DNA of 64,000 nt from the NCBI GenBank assembly GCA_036677365.1, contig JAVBWN010000012.1, positions 32,001 through 96,000 of the forward strand, written 5' to 3'. Origin of the DNA: Acholeplasma sp. (lineage in GTDB: Bacteria > Bacillota_I > Bacilli_A > Acholeplasmatales > UBA5453). Made by a program: the position numbers and the translations under genes. Shown in pieces: positions 30,059 through 40,366 of the stretch (its first letter is position 1; the number at the start of each line of letters is the position of its first letter). The notes beneath the pieces were generated by a model. It ran no database searches and was not told the origin of the DNA. It worked only from the letters and a program-made list of their open reading frames with translations.

Positions 30059-32332
30059 ATGAATGACATTCAACCATCAGTACTTAATGAAGCTGAAGTT
30101 CATCGTTTTTTTAAGTTTGGAATCAGGAAACTAAATGAGATATTGACAGATGATACACATCATGAAGACATTAACTTAATTCAAATAGAACTGGTTCGAG
30201 ATTGTTTTTATGACACAGATTATGTTTTGGAACTGTTTCTCAATGATCCAAAAACACTTGAGGAAAATGCACTCAAAAAATCAAAAGTCATTAAGCGTGA
30301 AATACAATCAGTGGTCGATTTTTTATATGCCGTATTGAATCATGACATGGATATAAAGTCGGATGACCTTTTACATCATTTGATCAATGACAATCATCCT
30401 TACTTTCAACAGGCATTAAACATCATTAGGAATCATCCACTATTTTCAGTGAATGATGATAAACAAGTAGAGATTAATCAAAATATGTTAATGGTTATCC
30501 ATCAAGAACATCCGATTCATAAAGTCATGGAATCTAATCCAGTGCTTAAGGAAATCAACAGCCGAAGAACACGAAACTTCGTTATTTTTGATAATCCAAA
30601 TCATCAAGTCATTTTTGATGTGTATGGATCTGAAATCAAACTAAATACAAAGATACCATTTTCTGATTTTGAACACGACACGAATCGAACATTCGCTGAA
30701 AAAGTGATTGCTGAGCTGCTATTTGACTTTGATAACAGAAAAAAACATTACATTAAACTGCTCTCAAAAAACAAAAAAGTGTATCAAAGAGAAATCGACA
30801 TTTTATCGGGTTTTTACACACCTACTAAGGATGAAGTGTTGGTATTGTTATCGGTATTAGGTAGATTACAACAACAAAATGACATGGGACCGATCATGAC
30901 ATTTAGAGATGAAAAACTCTTACCATCCAAAGTATTTAACCATCAAACGACACTCACATATATGGAAAGTACCGTCTATACATGGGTAGAGTTTAATCGT
31001 GATTTGTTATGTAATAAAACCACACTCGAATTACCATTTGGTAAGTTTGAATCCATAAAGAAATCTATAGAGGACACGAATACAACTCAACCTAAGTTTT
31101 TATTAGAGATGAAGGATGGGTTATTGCCAGAAGGTAAGTCTACTGTATCCACAAATTACATTAAAGGAAATGTGGAAAGTCCAAATTATCTTGAAGCCTT
31201 TTTCCGAAAAATCGTCAATTTGCCTAAATATAAAAATGTTATACCTTATTTTGATTATGAAACGATTAAAGATTTGACTAAGTTCTCTAAACGACATAAA
31301 GGACCGGTCGATCAAAAAGATTTCGTTATTGCTGCTAAGATTCGAGGCATTATGATGGAAAATAGTCCTATTGAAATTGAAACATCCATCCATCAAGTGT
31401 TTGAAGCATCCAGGTTTAACACATACAGTAAAATCGTATCCGAACATTTGATTACATTTGGCGGTGATATCATAAGAGAGTTTTATCGATTATTCTTCCT
31501 ATTTAATCGCCATATTGAAACTGAAAAAGCCAATTTCGTGAATGAAAAACACGAAGTTGAACCAAGTAGTTATAGCGATTCCTATTTATCTATTGCGTCT
31601 GACATGCATTTTAACGATTTTAATCACTATGAAAAGTCCAATTTTTCTAATCAGTTCAATATCATAGCAGGTGACTTTGTTGACAACTTATTCCATCGTG
31701 CAAATGTCGCTTTAACTGGTCATATGGGAATCTCAGGTGTGGGTGTATTAGGAAATCACGATGTCTTTCTTGAAAACACCCCGACTCGTGATTTAAGAAA
31801 AGAGATCAAAAGCAATTATATAAGGTCAATACAAAACACTAATCGTCATTTTCCTAATATTAAGGTCTTAAATGATGAAATCTATTATAAAGATGGTTAT
31901 GCCATCATTGGCATGACACTTGTCTATGACGAGCATGATGGCATCAGAACCTTTTTCGCAAATGCGGATTGGGATAAAATGTTCAGTCAGGATAACTATA
32001 TTGAACGCGCAAAATCACTACTGAACAAAGTAGAAAAAAGTGTCCCAATCCTCTTTATTACACATACGCCATTTAAGGAGTACTCTGTTTCTAACAATAA
32101 AGACATTGGGGTTCCATCCAACTGGATTTTCAATGATTATCCAAATGTTAAAGTATACATACATGGGCATGGGCATTCAAAATCCATGAAGAAAAAAATT
32201 AGAAACATATGGTGTATTACTAATCCAGTCATTTTTCCAGAATCTATGATTGAAATGTCATTTTCAAAAGAAGAAGTCTCAAGTATGCTAGGATTAGAAC
32301 AAAAATCAATCCATTTAGATTTAAAGAAGTAA
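30059..32332 (+). CDS. Large protein with C-terminal calcineurin-like metallophosphoesterase domain
   Basis: SDMH, AGDF, GNHD, THTP, HGHGH; the N-terminal ~500 aa is unassigned. Confidence 0.85.
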   Translation: MNDIQPSVLNEAEVHRFFKFGIRKLNEILTDDTHHEDINLIQIELVRDCFYDTDYVLELFLNDPKTLEENALKKSKVIKREIQSVVDFLYAVLNHDMDIKSDDLLHHLINDNHPYFQQALNIIRNHPLFSVNDDKQVEINQNMLMVIHQEHPIHKVMESNPVLKEINSRRTRNFVIFDNPNHQVIFDVYGSEIKLNTKIPFSDFEHDTNRTFAEKVIAELLFDFDNRKKHYIKLLSKNKKVYQREIDILSGFYTPTKDEVLVLLSVLGRLQQQNDMGPIMTFRDEKLLPSKVFNHQTTLTYMESTVYTWVEFNRDLLCNKTTLELPFGKFESIKKSIEDTNTTQPKFLLEMKDGLLPEGKSTVSTNYIKGNVESPNYLEAFFRKIVNLPKYKNVIPYFDYETIKDLTKFSKRHKGPVDQKDFVIAAKIRGIMMENSPIEIETSIHQVFEASRFNTYSKIVSEHLITFGGDIIREFYRLFFLFNRHIETEKANFVNEKHEVEPSSYSDSYLSIASDMHFNDFNHYEKSNFSNQFNIIAGDFVDNLFHRANVALTGHMGISGVGVLGNHDVFLENTPTRDLRKEIKSNYIRSIQNTNRHFPNIKVLNDEIYYKDGYAIIGMTLVYDEHDGIRTFFANADWDKMFSQDNYIERAKSLLNKVEKSVPILFITHTPFKEYSVSNNKDIGVPSNWIFNDYPNVKVYIHGHGHSKSMKKKIRNIWCITNPVIFPESMIEMSFSKEEVSSMLGLEQKSIHLDLKK

Positions 32333-32371
32333 AATTCATATGGTTTACAAATTAAGGAGATGAGGTAGATT

Positions 32372-32857
32372 ATGTTATCCACAAAAAATGTTATCGAAAT
32401 GATTCATGAAAAGTATCAAAATGATACTATTTTATTGATTGCTACAGCGAAGGAGAATGTTCCTACGGTTAGATCTGTCGATAGTTTTTACTATCAGGGT
32501 TCATTTTGGATTGTTACCGATTTGAATTGTAACTATGTTAAAGAAATCCAAAGCAATCCTTATGTGATGATATCCGATGGTGGACACAACCGCTTTTGGT
32601 GTAAGGCGGTAGTTACTGGACACCCATTAGATGATATCAATCTACCGATTAGAGAAGAATTCTTATAGGTGTTCCACCATTGGTATAAAGAAGTCAATAA
32701 TGAAGCATTAACCTCTGTTTGTTATGTAAAAGCAACCCCATATAAAGGTTATATTCATAAAGATAAAAAGGGTTATACATTCAATATGGAAGAAAACACA
32801 GTAACTGTTTCAGACATTACTCATCACATCGATGTCAAACTCGAACCATTTTGGTAA
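32372..32857 (+). pseudogene. Pyridoxamine 5'-phosphate oxidase-like (split-barrel) gene interrupted by an in-frame TAG
   Basis: IATAKENVPTVRSVD, FWIVT...VKEIQSNPYV; ORFs 32372-32668 and 32669-32857 are in one frame separated only by TAG 32666-32668. Confidence 0.8.
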
Positions 32858-32880
32858 TCTATACGCTTAAGGAGAACAAC

Positions 32881-33729
32881 ATGAAACGTATTTTAAATAT
32901 ATTACTGATCATCATATTATCCCCAGTTATTTTAGTTGTCGCTGTGATTGGCTTTTTCAGTTATTTTTTTGTCATGCCATTTGAAAGGTATAGATATAAA
33001 AACAGTCATTTCTTTAAAACCACCCAAATCAAATACAAGTTTCTCACGATGGCTAATGAAGTACTGAGAACTTACCATACAACCACCCAATTGGGTTTAC
33101 CGATAGAAGTCATAAAAACAACGGAAGACTTTGTGTATCTAAAAGATGACAAAGGTATGAACTACATTTTTCCAGATACGACTCAACTCATCTTTATTAA
33201 AGATCAACTATTCATTAAAAAGAATAATAAAGAACGCATCCCTTTTGAAACAGGGATTCAAGCTGAAATAGAGTCTTATGGTATAGAGGATTTAAACACA
33301 GTTACGTTATTCATTGTTAAAGATAGCATTTCAGATGTAGAAGCATTCAATGCTGCTTATGAATCCAAGTTCAACTATAAAATCTATCAATCCACCAAAG
33401 ATATCGTTGAATACTTGTCTATGGACTCAACGATAGATCCAATCAAACTTCGTATGGCATTGCCCAATCGGTTGTATCTATTATATATGGCTTTGATTGA
33501 AGCTTTAATCGCAGGTGTTGCCTTTTACCTCTTTTATAATCCAGTCCCTAGAATCAGCAACGAAGATATCTTCATTATATTATTCGTCAGTATCCCCGCC
33601 ATTCTCATTCACATATTGACATCTGGTATATTCAAATCTATTAAAAAGAAGTTTCCTAAGTTTATGGATATAAGGTGGGAGTTCTTGGCTGGATTTGTGA
33701 TTGCGCTAGCGATGTTTGGGTGGTTATAA
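32881..33729 (+). CDS. Hypothetical membrane protein
   Basis: N-terminal TM segment and three C-terminal TM helices; AAGGAG precedes ATG 32881. Confidence 0.75.
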   Translation: MKRILNILLIIILSPVILVVAVIGFFSYFFVMPFERYRYKNSHFFKTTQIKYKFLTMANEVLRTYHTTTQLGLPIEVIKTTEDFVYLKDDKGMNYIFPDTTQLIFIKDQLFIKKNNKERIPFETGIQAEIESYGIEDLNTVTLFIVKDSISDVEAFNAAYESKFNYKIYQSTKDIVEYLSMDSTIDPIKLRMALPNRLYLLYMALIEALIAGVAFYLFYNPVPRISNEDIFIILFVSIPAILIHILTSGIFKSIKKKFPKFMDIRWEFLAGFVIALAMFGWL

Positions 33730-33760
33730 AAAGATTTGATGTATTAAATAGGAGATAATC

Positions 33761-35134
33761 ATGAATATACTTGAAAGTATCAAGATTGCTTCATATAGAA
33801 TAAGCCTTCAAAGATTGAATCTCAAGCTTAACAACAAACACGTCATTATTTCAGATAAAGTACTCAATAAGACCCAACAAAGGGTTAAGTATATTACACT
33901 GAATGTCGATAAAGGTGAGAAGAATGCTAGCTATATCGAACATATTCAAGGATTACAAACCAATATCCTCAAAAACAACCCATATGTTTCATCCTTAATC
34001 GAGAAAACAAAAAAGTACTTAGATGATGTTAACACGCATAAACTGAATCCAAAAGACTTGAGTTTTCCAGATCAAATAAAAGTATATGAAGATTTGATTT
34101 TCTCAATTCAAGAAAAGTCTACCAAGATAACGAGTTTAAGGATTGCTACTAATCAGTATGCATCTGATAATTACATATACAGTGAATGGAAAACCGACTA
34201 TGATTTATTTGAACAACTCAAAATAGCGGATGCTTTAAGAATCTCATTCATAAACCATTATGTAGGATTCAAAACCAAACAAAAATTGAATCAATATAAA
34301 GCGATTGCTATTAGAATCAAACAAAGACAAAAAGGTTTCAATTTTGATCTATCCAATTACAGCAGCGCACTTAGGTTTTATATATCCATAGAGAGTCAAA
34401 TTCAAACACATAATCGTAAATTCTTAGATGATAATATAAAAGGGTATTATGAAACCCATAAGCAAAAGAAGTATTCAATAACGGATTATTTTACGATGTT
34501 AACCAGTATTGAAGATTTAACCATGTCAGAGATAGAAGATTATTTTGATACCCTTCAAACACAATCATCGAATGATTTTGAAATGGTTGTAGAAATGAAT
34601 TTAAGGAAAATATTTCCATCATCCAAAATCATCAGGAGTTTATATCTAAAAACCAACAATATCCAATTACCAACTACCGAAATTGATATGATTTTGTTCT
34701 TAAAGGGGTATATTTTTGTGCTTGAATGTAAGGATTATCAAGGCACCATCTTTGGGTCTTATAATAAAGATCCTTGGTTACAAGTCATTAAAACCGACTA
34801 TAGATATAAACCTGGTGGTAAAGTGTATACCCGTTCCAATTCTTATGAGATAATTAATCCAATCAAACAAAATGAGATGCACATCAGTGTATTGAAAAAA
34901 TATGAACCATTTGATTATAAAAATGTAGTTTTATTCTCTAGTAGTTCTGAACTTAAAGTATCTTCAAAGGAGGTCTATCATCATAGAGACTTTTATGAGT
35001 CTTTAAAACAATTGGAAGAGAAATCAGCCAACACCGATGATATCTACTACAAATTATTATTAGAAAACAAAGGTCGTAGCAAACAAGTTAAGTCTGATCA
35101 CATAGAAGCAATCCAAAGGAAGTATGTGAGCTAA
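33761..35134 (+). CDS. NERD-domain nuclease-like protein
   Basis: C-terminal TEIDMILF, VLECKDYQGTIFG, NPIKQNEMH. Confidence 0.85.
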   Translation: MNILESIKIASYRISLQRLNLKLNNKHVIISDKVLNKTQQRVKYITLNVDKGEKNASYIEHIQGLQTNILKNNPYVSSLIEKTKKYLDDVNTHKLNPKDLSFPDQIKVYEDLIFSIQEKSTKITSLRIATNQYASDNYIYSEWKTDYDLFEQLKIADALRISFINHYVGFKTKQKLNQYKAIAIRIKQRQKGFNFDLSNYSSALRFYISIESQIQTHNRKFLDDNIKGYYETHKQKKYSITDYFTMLTSIEDLTMSEIEDYFDTLQTQSSNDFEMVVEMNLRKIFPSSKIIRSLYLKTNNIQLPTTEIDMILFLKGYIFVLECKDYQGTIFGSYNKDPWLQVIKTDYRYKPGGKVYTRSNSYEIINPIKQNEMHISVLKKYEPFDYKNVVLFSSSSELKVSSKEVYHHRDFYESLKQLEEKSANTDDIYYKLLLENKGRSKQVKSDHIEAIQRKYVS

Positions 35135-35206
35135 CGATTTTCTATAGAACTATTAACTAATCAAACCCGATTTAGAATCTTATATGAAATAGTTTCGAAT
35201 AAAATG

Positions 35207-35248
35207 AAAGATTCGTGTTGTTTAGACATGAATCTTTTTATTATTTTA
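35207..35248 (+). terminator. Intrinsic terminator
   Basis: AAAGATTCGTGT / ACATGAATCTTT stem (one G-U pair) followed by TTATTATTTT. Confidence 0.75.
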
Positions 35249-35287
35249 GGAAATAATTAAGAAAACAATATATTTCTTAAATAAAAG

Positions 35288-35296
35288 TGATATAAT
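35288..35296 (+). promoter_or_regulatory. Extended -10 promoter element
   Basis: TGATATAAT matches TGnTATAAT. Confidence 0.6.
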
Positions 35297-35302
35297 CAAG
35301 CC

Positions 35303-35443
35303 ATAATGTGTCAAATTTATTAAGTTCTTTGTGGGAGAAGGTATTTAATAATGATGTTTTGACAAATCATTATCTAACCAATGTTCAGGGGAAAACATAG
35401 TGGCATAAACAAACCGACAGTTTTTATTTAAATCGGTTTTTTT
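35303..35443 (+). ncRNA. Putative structured small RNA or leader ending in a terminator
   Basis: Nested stem ATAATG/CATTAT, TGTCAAA/TTTGACA, TTATTAA/TTAATAA, TTCT/AGAA; second hairpin CCA-ATGTT/AACAT-TGG; terminator AAACCGA/TCGGTTT plus T-run. Confidence 0.4.
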
Positions 35444-35476
35444 AGTTATAACTCAATTCGGAAAGGTAACTTAGGA

Positions 35477-36166
35477 ATGAATATAATCGATCACTCGGAT
35501 AAGTTTTTAAAAGACGGAATTAAAATACAGGTTCTCGAAATAATTGTAGATAATATTGAAAGCCATGCATCAAATTTAATTGAAATATTAAAGTCTACAC
35601 TTTGGATAGATAAGTTAGATATTTTTATGCAAAAGGCATATAGAGCTACATCAAAGAAAACCATTGAAAAACTAGTTCAAATATTTAGCGATGCTAAAAA
35701 TAGTGAGATTAGTTCTTCATTTGGTGAGTATCTAGTTAGTATTGTGTCTGGGTTAGCATTAGAAAGAGAGTTTGGCCACGAAAGGATACCTATTTCTGAA
35801 TTATTAAAAGAAAAAGTTACAGGTAATGCAAGTTTTGACTATCACACTATCGATGATAATGTATTTGTGTTTGGAGAATCTAAATATTCCTCAGTTGATA
35901 ATCCTTATAATGATGCAATTCAACAAGTTAAGGAATTTATTGCGGATGGAAAAGATGATATGGACTTGATTCATCTTAAGAATTTCAGTACGAAAGCAAG
36001 TGAAAACTATATACTAGAAAAAAAACATTATTCAATTTCATTTTCAATAGTATCTAGAAATAGATTATTGGTTTTAAAACATGCTGTAGATAATTATGAT
36101 TATTTTAAGAAGTTTGATAAATGGTATGTTATAGGGGTGATAATTGATGATAATATCGAAGGATAA
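35477..36166 (+). CDS. PD-(D/E)XK nuclease-like protein, HamA/DUF1837-like
   Basis: FGEY...FDYH...FGESKY pattern; overlaps the downstream Ski2-like helicase. Confidence 0.65.
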   Translation: MNIIDHSDKFLKDGIKIQVLEIIVDNIESHASNLIEILKSTLWIDKLDIFMQKAYRATSKKTIEKLVQIFSDAKNSEISSSFGEYLVSIVSGLALEREFGHERIPISELLKEKVTGNASFDYHTIDDNVFVFGESKYSSVDNPYNDAIQQVKEFIADGKDDMDLIHLKNFSTKASENYILEKKHYSISFSIVSRNRLLVLKHAVDNYDYFKKFDKWYVIGVIIDDNIEG

Positions 36167-38369
36167 TTTGGATGCGGAAAACATACTAATTGAGACACTT
36201 GAAAAAATTAGAACTAGTGGTCCTAACGACTATGATGAAATGGAAACGTTATCGCATATAAAACTTAACCACAACGAGATTTTCATTAAGTACGAATCAC
36301 ATCTTTTGTTTTTGTTAGGGTTATTTTATAAAACAAGTGAGCCTAGAAACATAGTAGATCTTTATCTTAATGAGCTATCTTTGGTTATTAAAGCAGAGAC
36401 AAACATGACATTGTCAATTTTACAAGCAGATATTTATAACAAAATTAAGGAAAGTTTGGTTTTTTCTTTTTCTGCACCAGCAAGTGTAGGGAAATCTCAT
36501 CTTCTAAAAGAACTAATTTATTTAGGTGAAAGAGATGTAGTAATTGTAGTACCATCAAGAGCACTTATTGCTGAATATATTATTGATATTAAAAGTAGAG
36601 TTGACAATAACGTACTAGTTTTACCGTTTATAGATATTATAAATGCTAAGAACACAACTAGAAAAATATATGTAATTACTCCAGAACGAGGAATAGAATT
36701 ATTCAAGTATAAAGGTAAGTTAGACATCGAAATATTCTTTTTTGATGAGGCACAAATATCGGAAGATACAATCAGGGGAATGATATTTGACTCATTTGTC
36801 AGAAGAGTTAAGACTGAATTTCCCGATGCAAAAAAGATTTTTGCTCATCCATATGTGGATAATCCAAATGCTCAACTATTAAAACATAGTTTTGTAACCC
36901 ATTCTACGGCCACAAGATATAATCAAAATACTGTAGGAAAAATATTCGTATCGTGGAATGAAATTGATTTTGAATATTTCTCACCAAACAATAAGAAGAT
37001 TATTGAAAAGATTGATTTTGATATGTTTGATCAACTGTTTGAATCTGGAAAAACACTATTAATATATGCTTCAAAAAATCAAATTAATGATTCAACTAGA
37101 GTGTATCCATTTATTAAAAAATATATTAAGCATTTCCCATCAATTCAGGATAAACGAGCACTAGAGTTAATTCAACAAATGAAAGACTATATTGGTGCTG
37201 ATGATAAAAATAAAAAATCACAGATGATTAGTTATATGAAAAGAGGAATAGTGATGCATCACGGTTCCATGCCTCTTAGAATGAGATTTATTATCGAAGA
37301 GTTTATCAGATTTAATTATGCGAAGATTTGTTTAGCAACATCTACTTTACAACAAGGTATTAATATGCCGTTTGATGCTATTTTTATTGACAATTTTAAT
37401 AGACTACAAACACTATACTTGAAAAATTTGATTGGTCGTGCTGGGAGATCAACAAAACAACCATATTTTGATTATGGATATATTATAGTGAAAAAAAAGA
37501 ATATGAATACATTTATTAATAGAATGAATCAACAATTTGAAATACAAGCGACTTCAAGACTGGATACTCAAGAAGATTTTACTGATATCGATCTACAAGA
37601 TATTGTGGAAGCATCTAGAAATAACACATTCGATGATAAACTGGAAATAACGAAAACACAAGTCGATAGACTAAAAGATTCTAATTTGGATACTAGGATT
37701 GAATCATTATTGGATAACATAGCAGATAATGGTGAAATAAATCTAACTAGTATGAATAGTGTTATTAGGGATGAACTTAAAACGTGTTTAAAAGATATTT
37801 TCATTTCTCATCTAAAAAGAAAGGTATTAACCAAGTATGAAAATAGTATTTTACGTATAGCATTAACAATATATTTATGGAAAATTCAGAAGAAATCATT
37901 TAAAGAAATAATAGCAATACGTTACAATTATTTTCTTAATAATTTTAAGGATAATGCTCCTATTTTTAGTCAAAGTCCCCATAATTTACCAAACAAAAAT
38001 GCTAGATATCAAAACGCTTTTGAAAAACAATCTATCGAAAAATTTAATTACGATACGCTAATATACGACACTTATGATTATTTAGATAAAGTCATTGGAT
38101 TTTCATTAAAAGATCCCATTTCAGCTTATTTTTATATCTTTTACGAAAAATACAAAGATAAAAGGGCTTTGATTATGTACAAATTGCTTAAGTATGGAAC
38201 TTCAGATGAAGATGAAATATTGATGTTAAGATATGGATTTGAGTTTGAAGACTTTGATTGGCTCAAACCAGTCATAAGCAAAATATCAGAGGACAATATT
38301 GAGTTTAACGACAAAACTAGTGATTTGAGTGAACAACAATTAGCAATTATTAACAAGTATGCTTTTTAA
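36147..38369 (+). CDS. Ski2-like SF2 helicase, HamB-like
   Basis: APASVGKS, VPSRALI, TPER, DEAQ, HHGSMP, ATSTLQQGINMP, NLIGRAGR; start ATG 36147 or TTG 36144. Confidence 0.85.
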   Translation: MIISKDNLDAENILIETLEKIRTSGPNDYDEMETLSHIKLNHNEIFIKYESHLLFLLGLFYKTSEPRNIVDLYLNELSLVIKAETNMTLSILQADIYNKIKESLVFSFSAPASVGKSHLLKELIYLGERDVVIVVPSRALIAEYIIDIKSRVDNNVLVLPFIDIINAKNTTRKIYVITPERGIELFKYKGKLDIEIFFFDEAQISEDTIRGMIFDSFVRRVKTEFPDAKKIFAHPYVDNPNAQLLKHSFVTHSTATRYNQNTVGKIFVSWNEIDFEYFSPNNKKIIEKIDFDMFDQLFESGKTLLIYASKNQINDSTRVYPFIKKYIKHFPSIQDKRALELIQQMKDYIGADDKNKKSQMISYMKRGIVMHHGSMPLRMRFIIEEFIRFNYAKICLATSTLQQGINMPFDAIFIDNFNRLQTLYLKNLIGRAGRSTKQPYFDYGYIIVKKKNMNTFINRMNQQFEIQATSRLDTQEDFTDIDLQDIVEASRNNTFDDKLEITKTQVDRLKDSNLDTRIESLLDNIADNGEINLTSMNSVIRDELKTCLKDIFISHLKRKVLTKYENSILRIALTIYLWKIQKKSFKEIIAIRYNYFLNNFKDNAPIFSQSPHNLPNKNARYQNAFEKQSIEKFNYDTLIYDTYDYLDKVIGFSLKDPISAYFYIFYEKYKDKRALIMYKLLKYGTSDEDEILMLRYGFEFEDFDWLKPVISKISEDNIEFNDKTSDLSEQQLAIINKYAF

Positions 38370-38423
38370 TAGTAGTATTGATTATCATAGAATTATTGTC
38401 TTTATATATATGGAAGGAAAACA

Positions 38424-38963
38424 ATGAACATCAATGATAAGAATTCAGAACCAATAAAATCTCTTTCAGATTTTGTAAATCAATATAGAAAAAACCTTGG
38501 AATCATTTTCAAGGACCCAAGTAAAAGTCTATATTACAGAGGAGAAAGCATGGATTATGGTGATTATAGACTTACTCCCAAAGTTTATAGAAAGAACATT
38601 ATTCCAAAATCATCGATTTAATGTTTCTAATCTATATAAGATGTCATATGTTAAACCTATACTTATTAATGAAAAATAAAAAAACAATCGGGTTTATTTG
38701 GTGTTTTTGGATTGAATGATAATGGTCTAAGCTTCATTAGCTATGCTAATTCGAAAAAGACAATTCTAGCAGAATTATCATTTATGACAGGAATAGACCA
38801 CTTTTCGCTTTTTGGTGGAATTGAAGGTTTATCACGAGATTATAAAATTGAATTGTACTACATATTCGTAAACTCGTCGAAAAAAACAAATGTAATACGG
38901 GAGGAAAAATGCAAAATTACGTTGATTATCAAAAATCTATTTCACTTGAGTTATCGGGGCTAA
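38424..38963 (+). pseudogene. Degraded FRG-domain gene
   Basis: YYRGE...LTPKVYR start; VKPILINE-frameshift-IKKQSGLF; ILAELSFMTGIDHFSLF end; the QHYG/PTRLLD core is absent. Confidence 0.75.
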
Positions 38964-39661
38964 AAAATAGAGTTCGCAATTTTATCGGTTCTGCAAACTG
39001 GAATGAGGAAGGTAGATATAAAGAATCGATACTAATTGACATACTCAAAAGAGCTTTACCAGCACACGTTGGTATTGGAACTGGTTTTGTCATTAATAAC
39101 GATGGAGAAATAACTAAACAAATTGATATCCTAGTGTATGATACTAGGATACCTTTGCTTTTTAAAAAAAATGAGTTTATTTTAACAACAAAAGAATGCG
39201 TATATGGGATTATTGAGGTTAAAACTAAATTGAATAACACCAGTTTCATGACTACTATTGATAATTCATTTCACAATGGAACAATTATTAATAAAAATCA
39301 TAAAAAGAAAATTTTCAATGGAATCTTTTGTTATGATAATGAAGTCACATATTCTGGAATGGTAAAGATGAGATTATTGTCTACTAATGGTGTTGTAAAT
39401 CACATTTCATTGGGTGAACACCAGTTTATCCGATTTTGGCAGAAAGGATTTCCCACACAATCATACCAAAATAATCATTTTGGAGTTTATGAAATGGATA
39501 CACTATCATTTGGTTATTTCATATCAAATTTGGTGGCACATGTTTATGAGAAAGATGACAAAAATTCTACTAGAAATGATCAACTTTATAAATATCTCTT
39601 TCCTATTGACGGAACAAAAGAATCCCGTAGGTTACATACATGGAATATCAGTGAGGATTAA
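38909..39661 (+). CDS. DUF6602/NucC-like restriction-endonuclease-fold protein
   Basis: GRYKE...LP, GTGFVI, KQIDILVYD, ECVYGIIEVKT (ID...EVK catalytic pattern). Confidence 0.75.
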   Translation: MQNYVDYQKSISLELSGLKNRVRNFIGSANWNEEGRYKESILIDILKRALPAHVGIGTGFVINNDGEITKQIDILVYDTRIPLLFKKNEFILTTKECVYGIIEVKTKLNNTSFMTTIDNSFHNGTIINKNHKKKIFNGIFCYDNEVTYSGMVKMRLLSTNGVVNHISLGEHQFIRFWQKGFPTQSYQNNHFGVYEMDTLSFGYFISNLVAHVYEKDDKNSTRNDQLYKYLFPIDGTKESRRLHTWNISED

Positions 39662-39733
39662 TATTTATAGTAATAACGATTGTTTTAGGTAAACGGGAAA
39701 ATATAAATAATTAGTTAGATAGGAGATGAAAAT

Positions 39734-40363
39734 ATGGAGGCAAAAATAGTAACTCATAATGAGAGTAAAGAAGCTCGACAAAGAGCTAATAAAATAGTAC
39801 ATGAGATTAGAAAACACTATAAAATAAAAGGACAATACAAGTTTAACATTAGATTGATTGGTTCTGGAAAAAGAAGATGTATTGTTAAAGATACCTATGG
39901 TAAGTATGATTTAGACTATCAAATATTACTCACTAAGAATTCGAAGTTGGGTGATTCAAACCCTACAAAAATAAAAACTGACTTTCTACAAGCTTTTTCA
40001 GATTGCAAGAATGAAAATGAAAAAGTAGAAAACTCAACAACTGTTGTTACAGTAAGAGTCTCTAAAAACAAAGGAATTTTTGACGCAAATAATGAAAAGT
40101 TCTCTTTCGATTTTGTGATAATCAGTATTGATGAGTCTAAGAGAATTAGACGTAATGGACTAAACTTATTTACTTGGGTCGAACTCCCAAGTAAAAACTC
40201 ATACATTTATAAGAAATTTAACGCACTGTCAGGAGATGAACAAAGAACACTGTTAGAAAATAATATTATACCGCGAGTTATTGAAGAAAAAGAAAAACCA
40301 GAAGAAGATAGGATATCTTCAGTTCATATATTTTTCGAGGAAGTTAACAATCACGTGGAGTAA
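39734..40363 (+). CDS. Minimal Pol-beta superfamily nucleotidyltransferase (SMODS/CD-NTase-like core)
   Basis: LIGSG...YDLDY and a third acidic residue in FSFDFVI; 209 aa. Confidence 0.75.
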   Translation: MEAKIVTHNESKEARQRANKIVHEIRKHYKIKGQYKFNIRLIGSGKRRCIVKDTYGKYDLDYQILLTKNSKLGDSNPTKIKTDFLQAFSDCKNENEKVENSTTVVTVRVSKNKGIFDANNEKFSFDFVIISIDESKRIRRNGLNLFTWVELPSKNSYIYKKFNALSGDEQRTLLENNIIPRVIEEKEKPEEDRISSVHIFFEEVNNHVE

Positions 40364-40366
40364 ACT

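Noticed and set aside
32666..32668. Stop-codon reassignment (TAG recoding or pyrrolysine)
   Set aside because: TAG ends intact genes elsewhere (GH81 at 8814, LacI at 29889, helicase at 60337), and no pyl genes are seen.
38909..40363. Calling this a canonical CBASS
   Set aside because: The NTase appears to lack the full C-terminal lobe, the nuclease precedes it with a 72-nt gap, and no ancillary cap genes are seen; kept only as a hypothesis.
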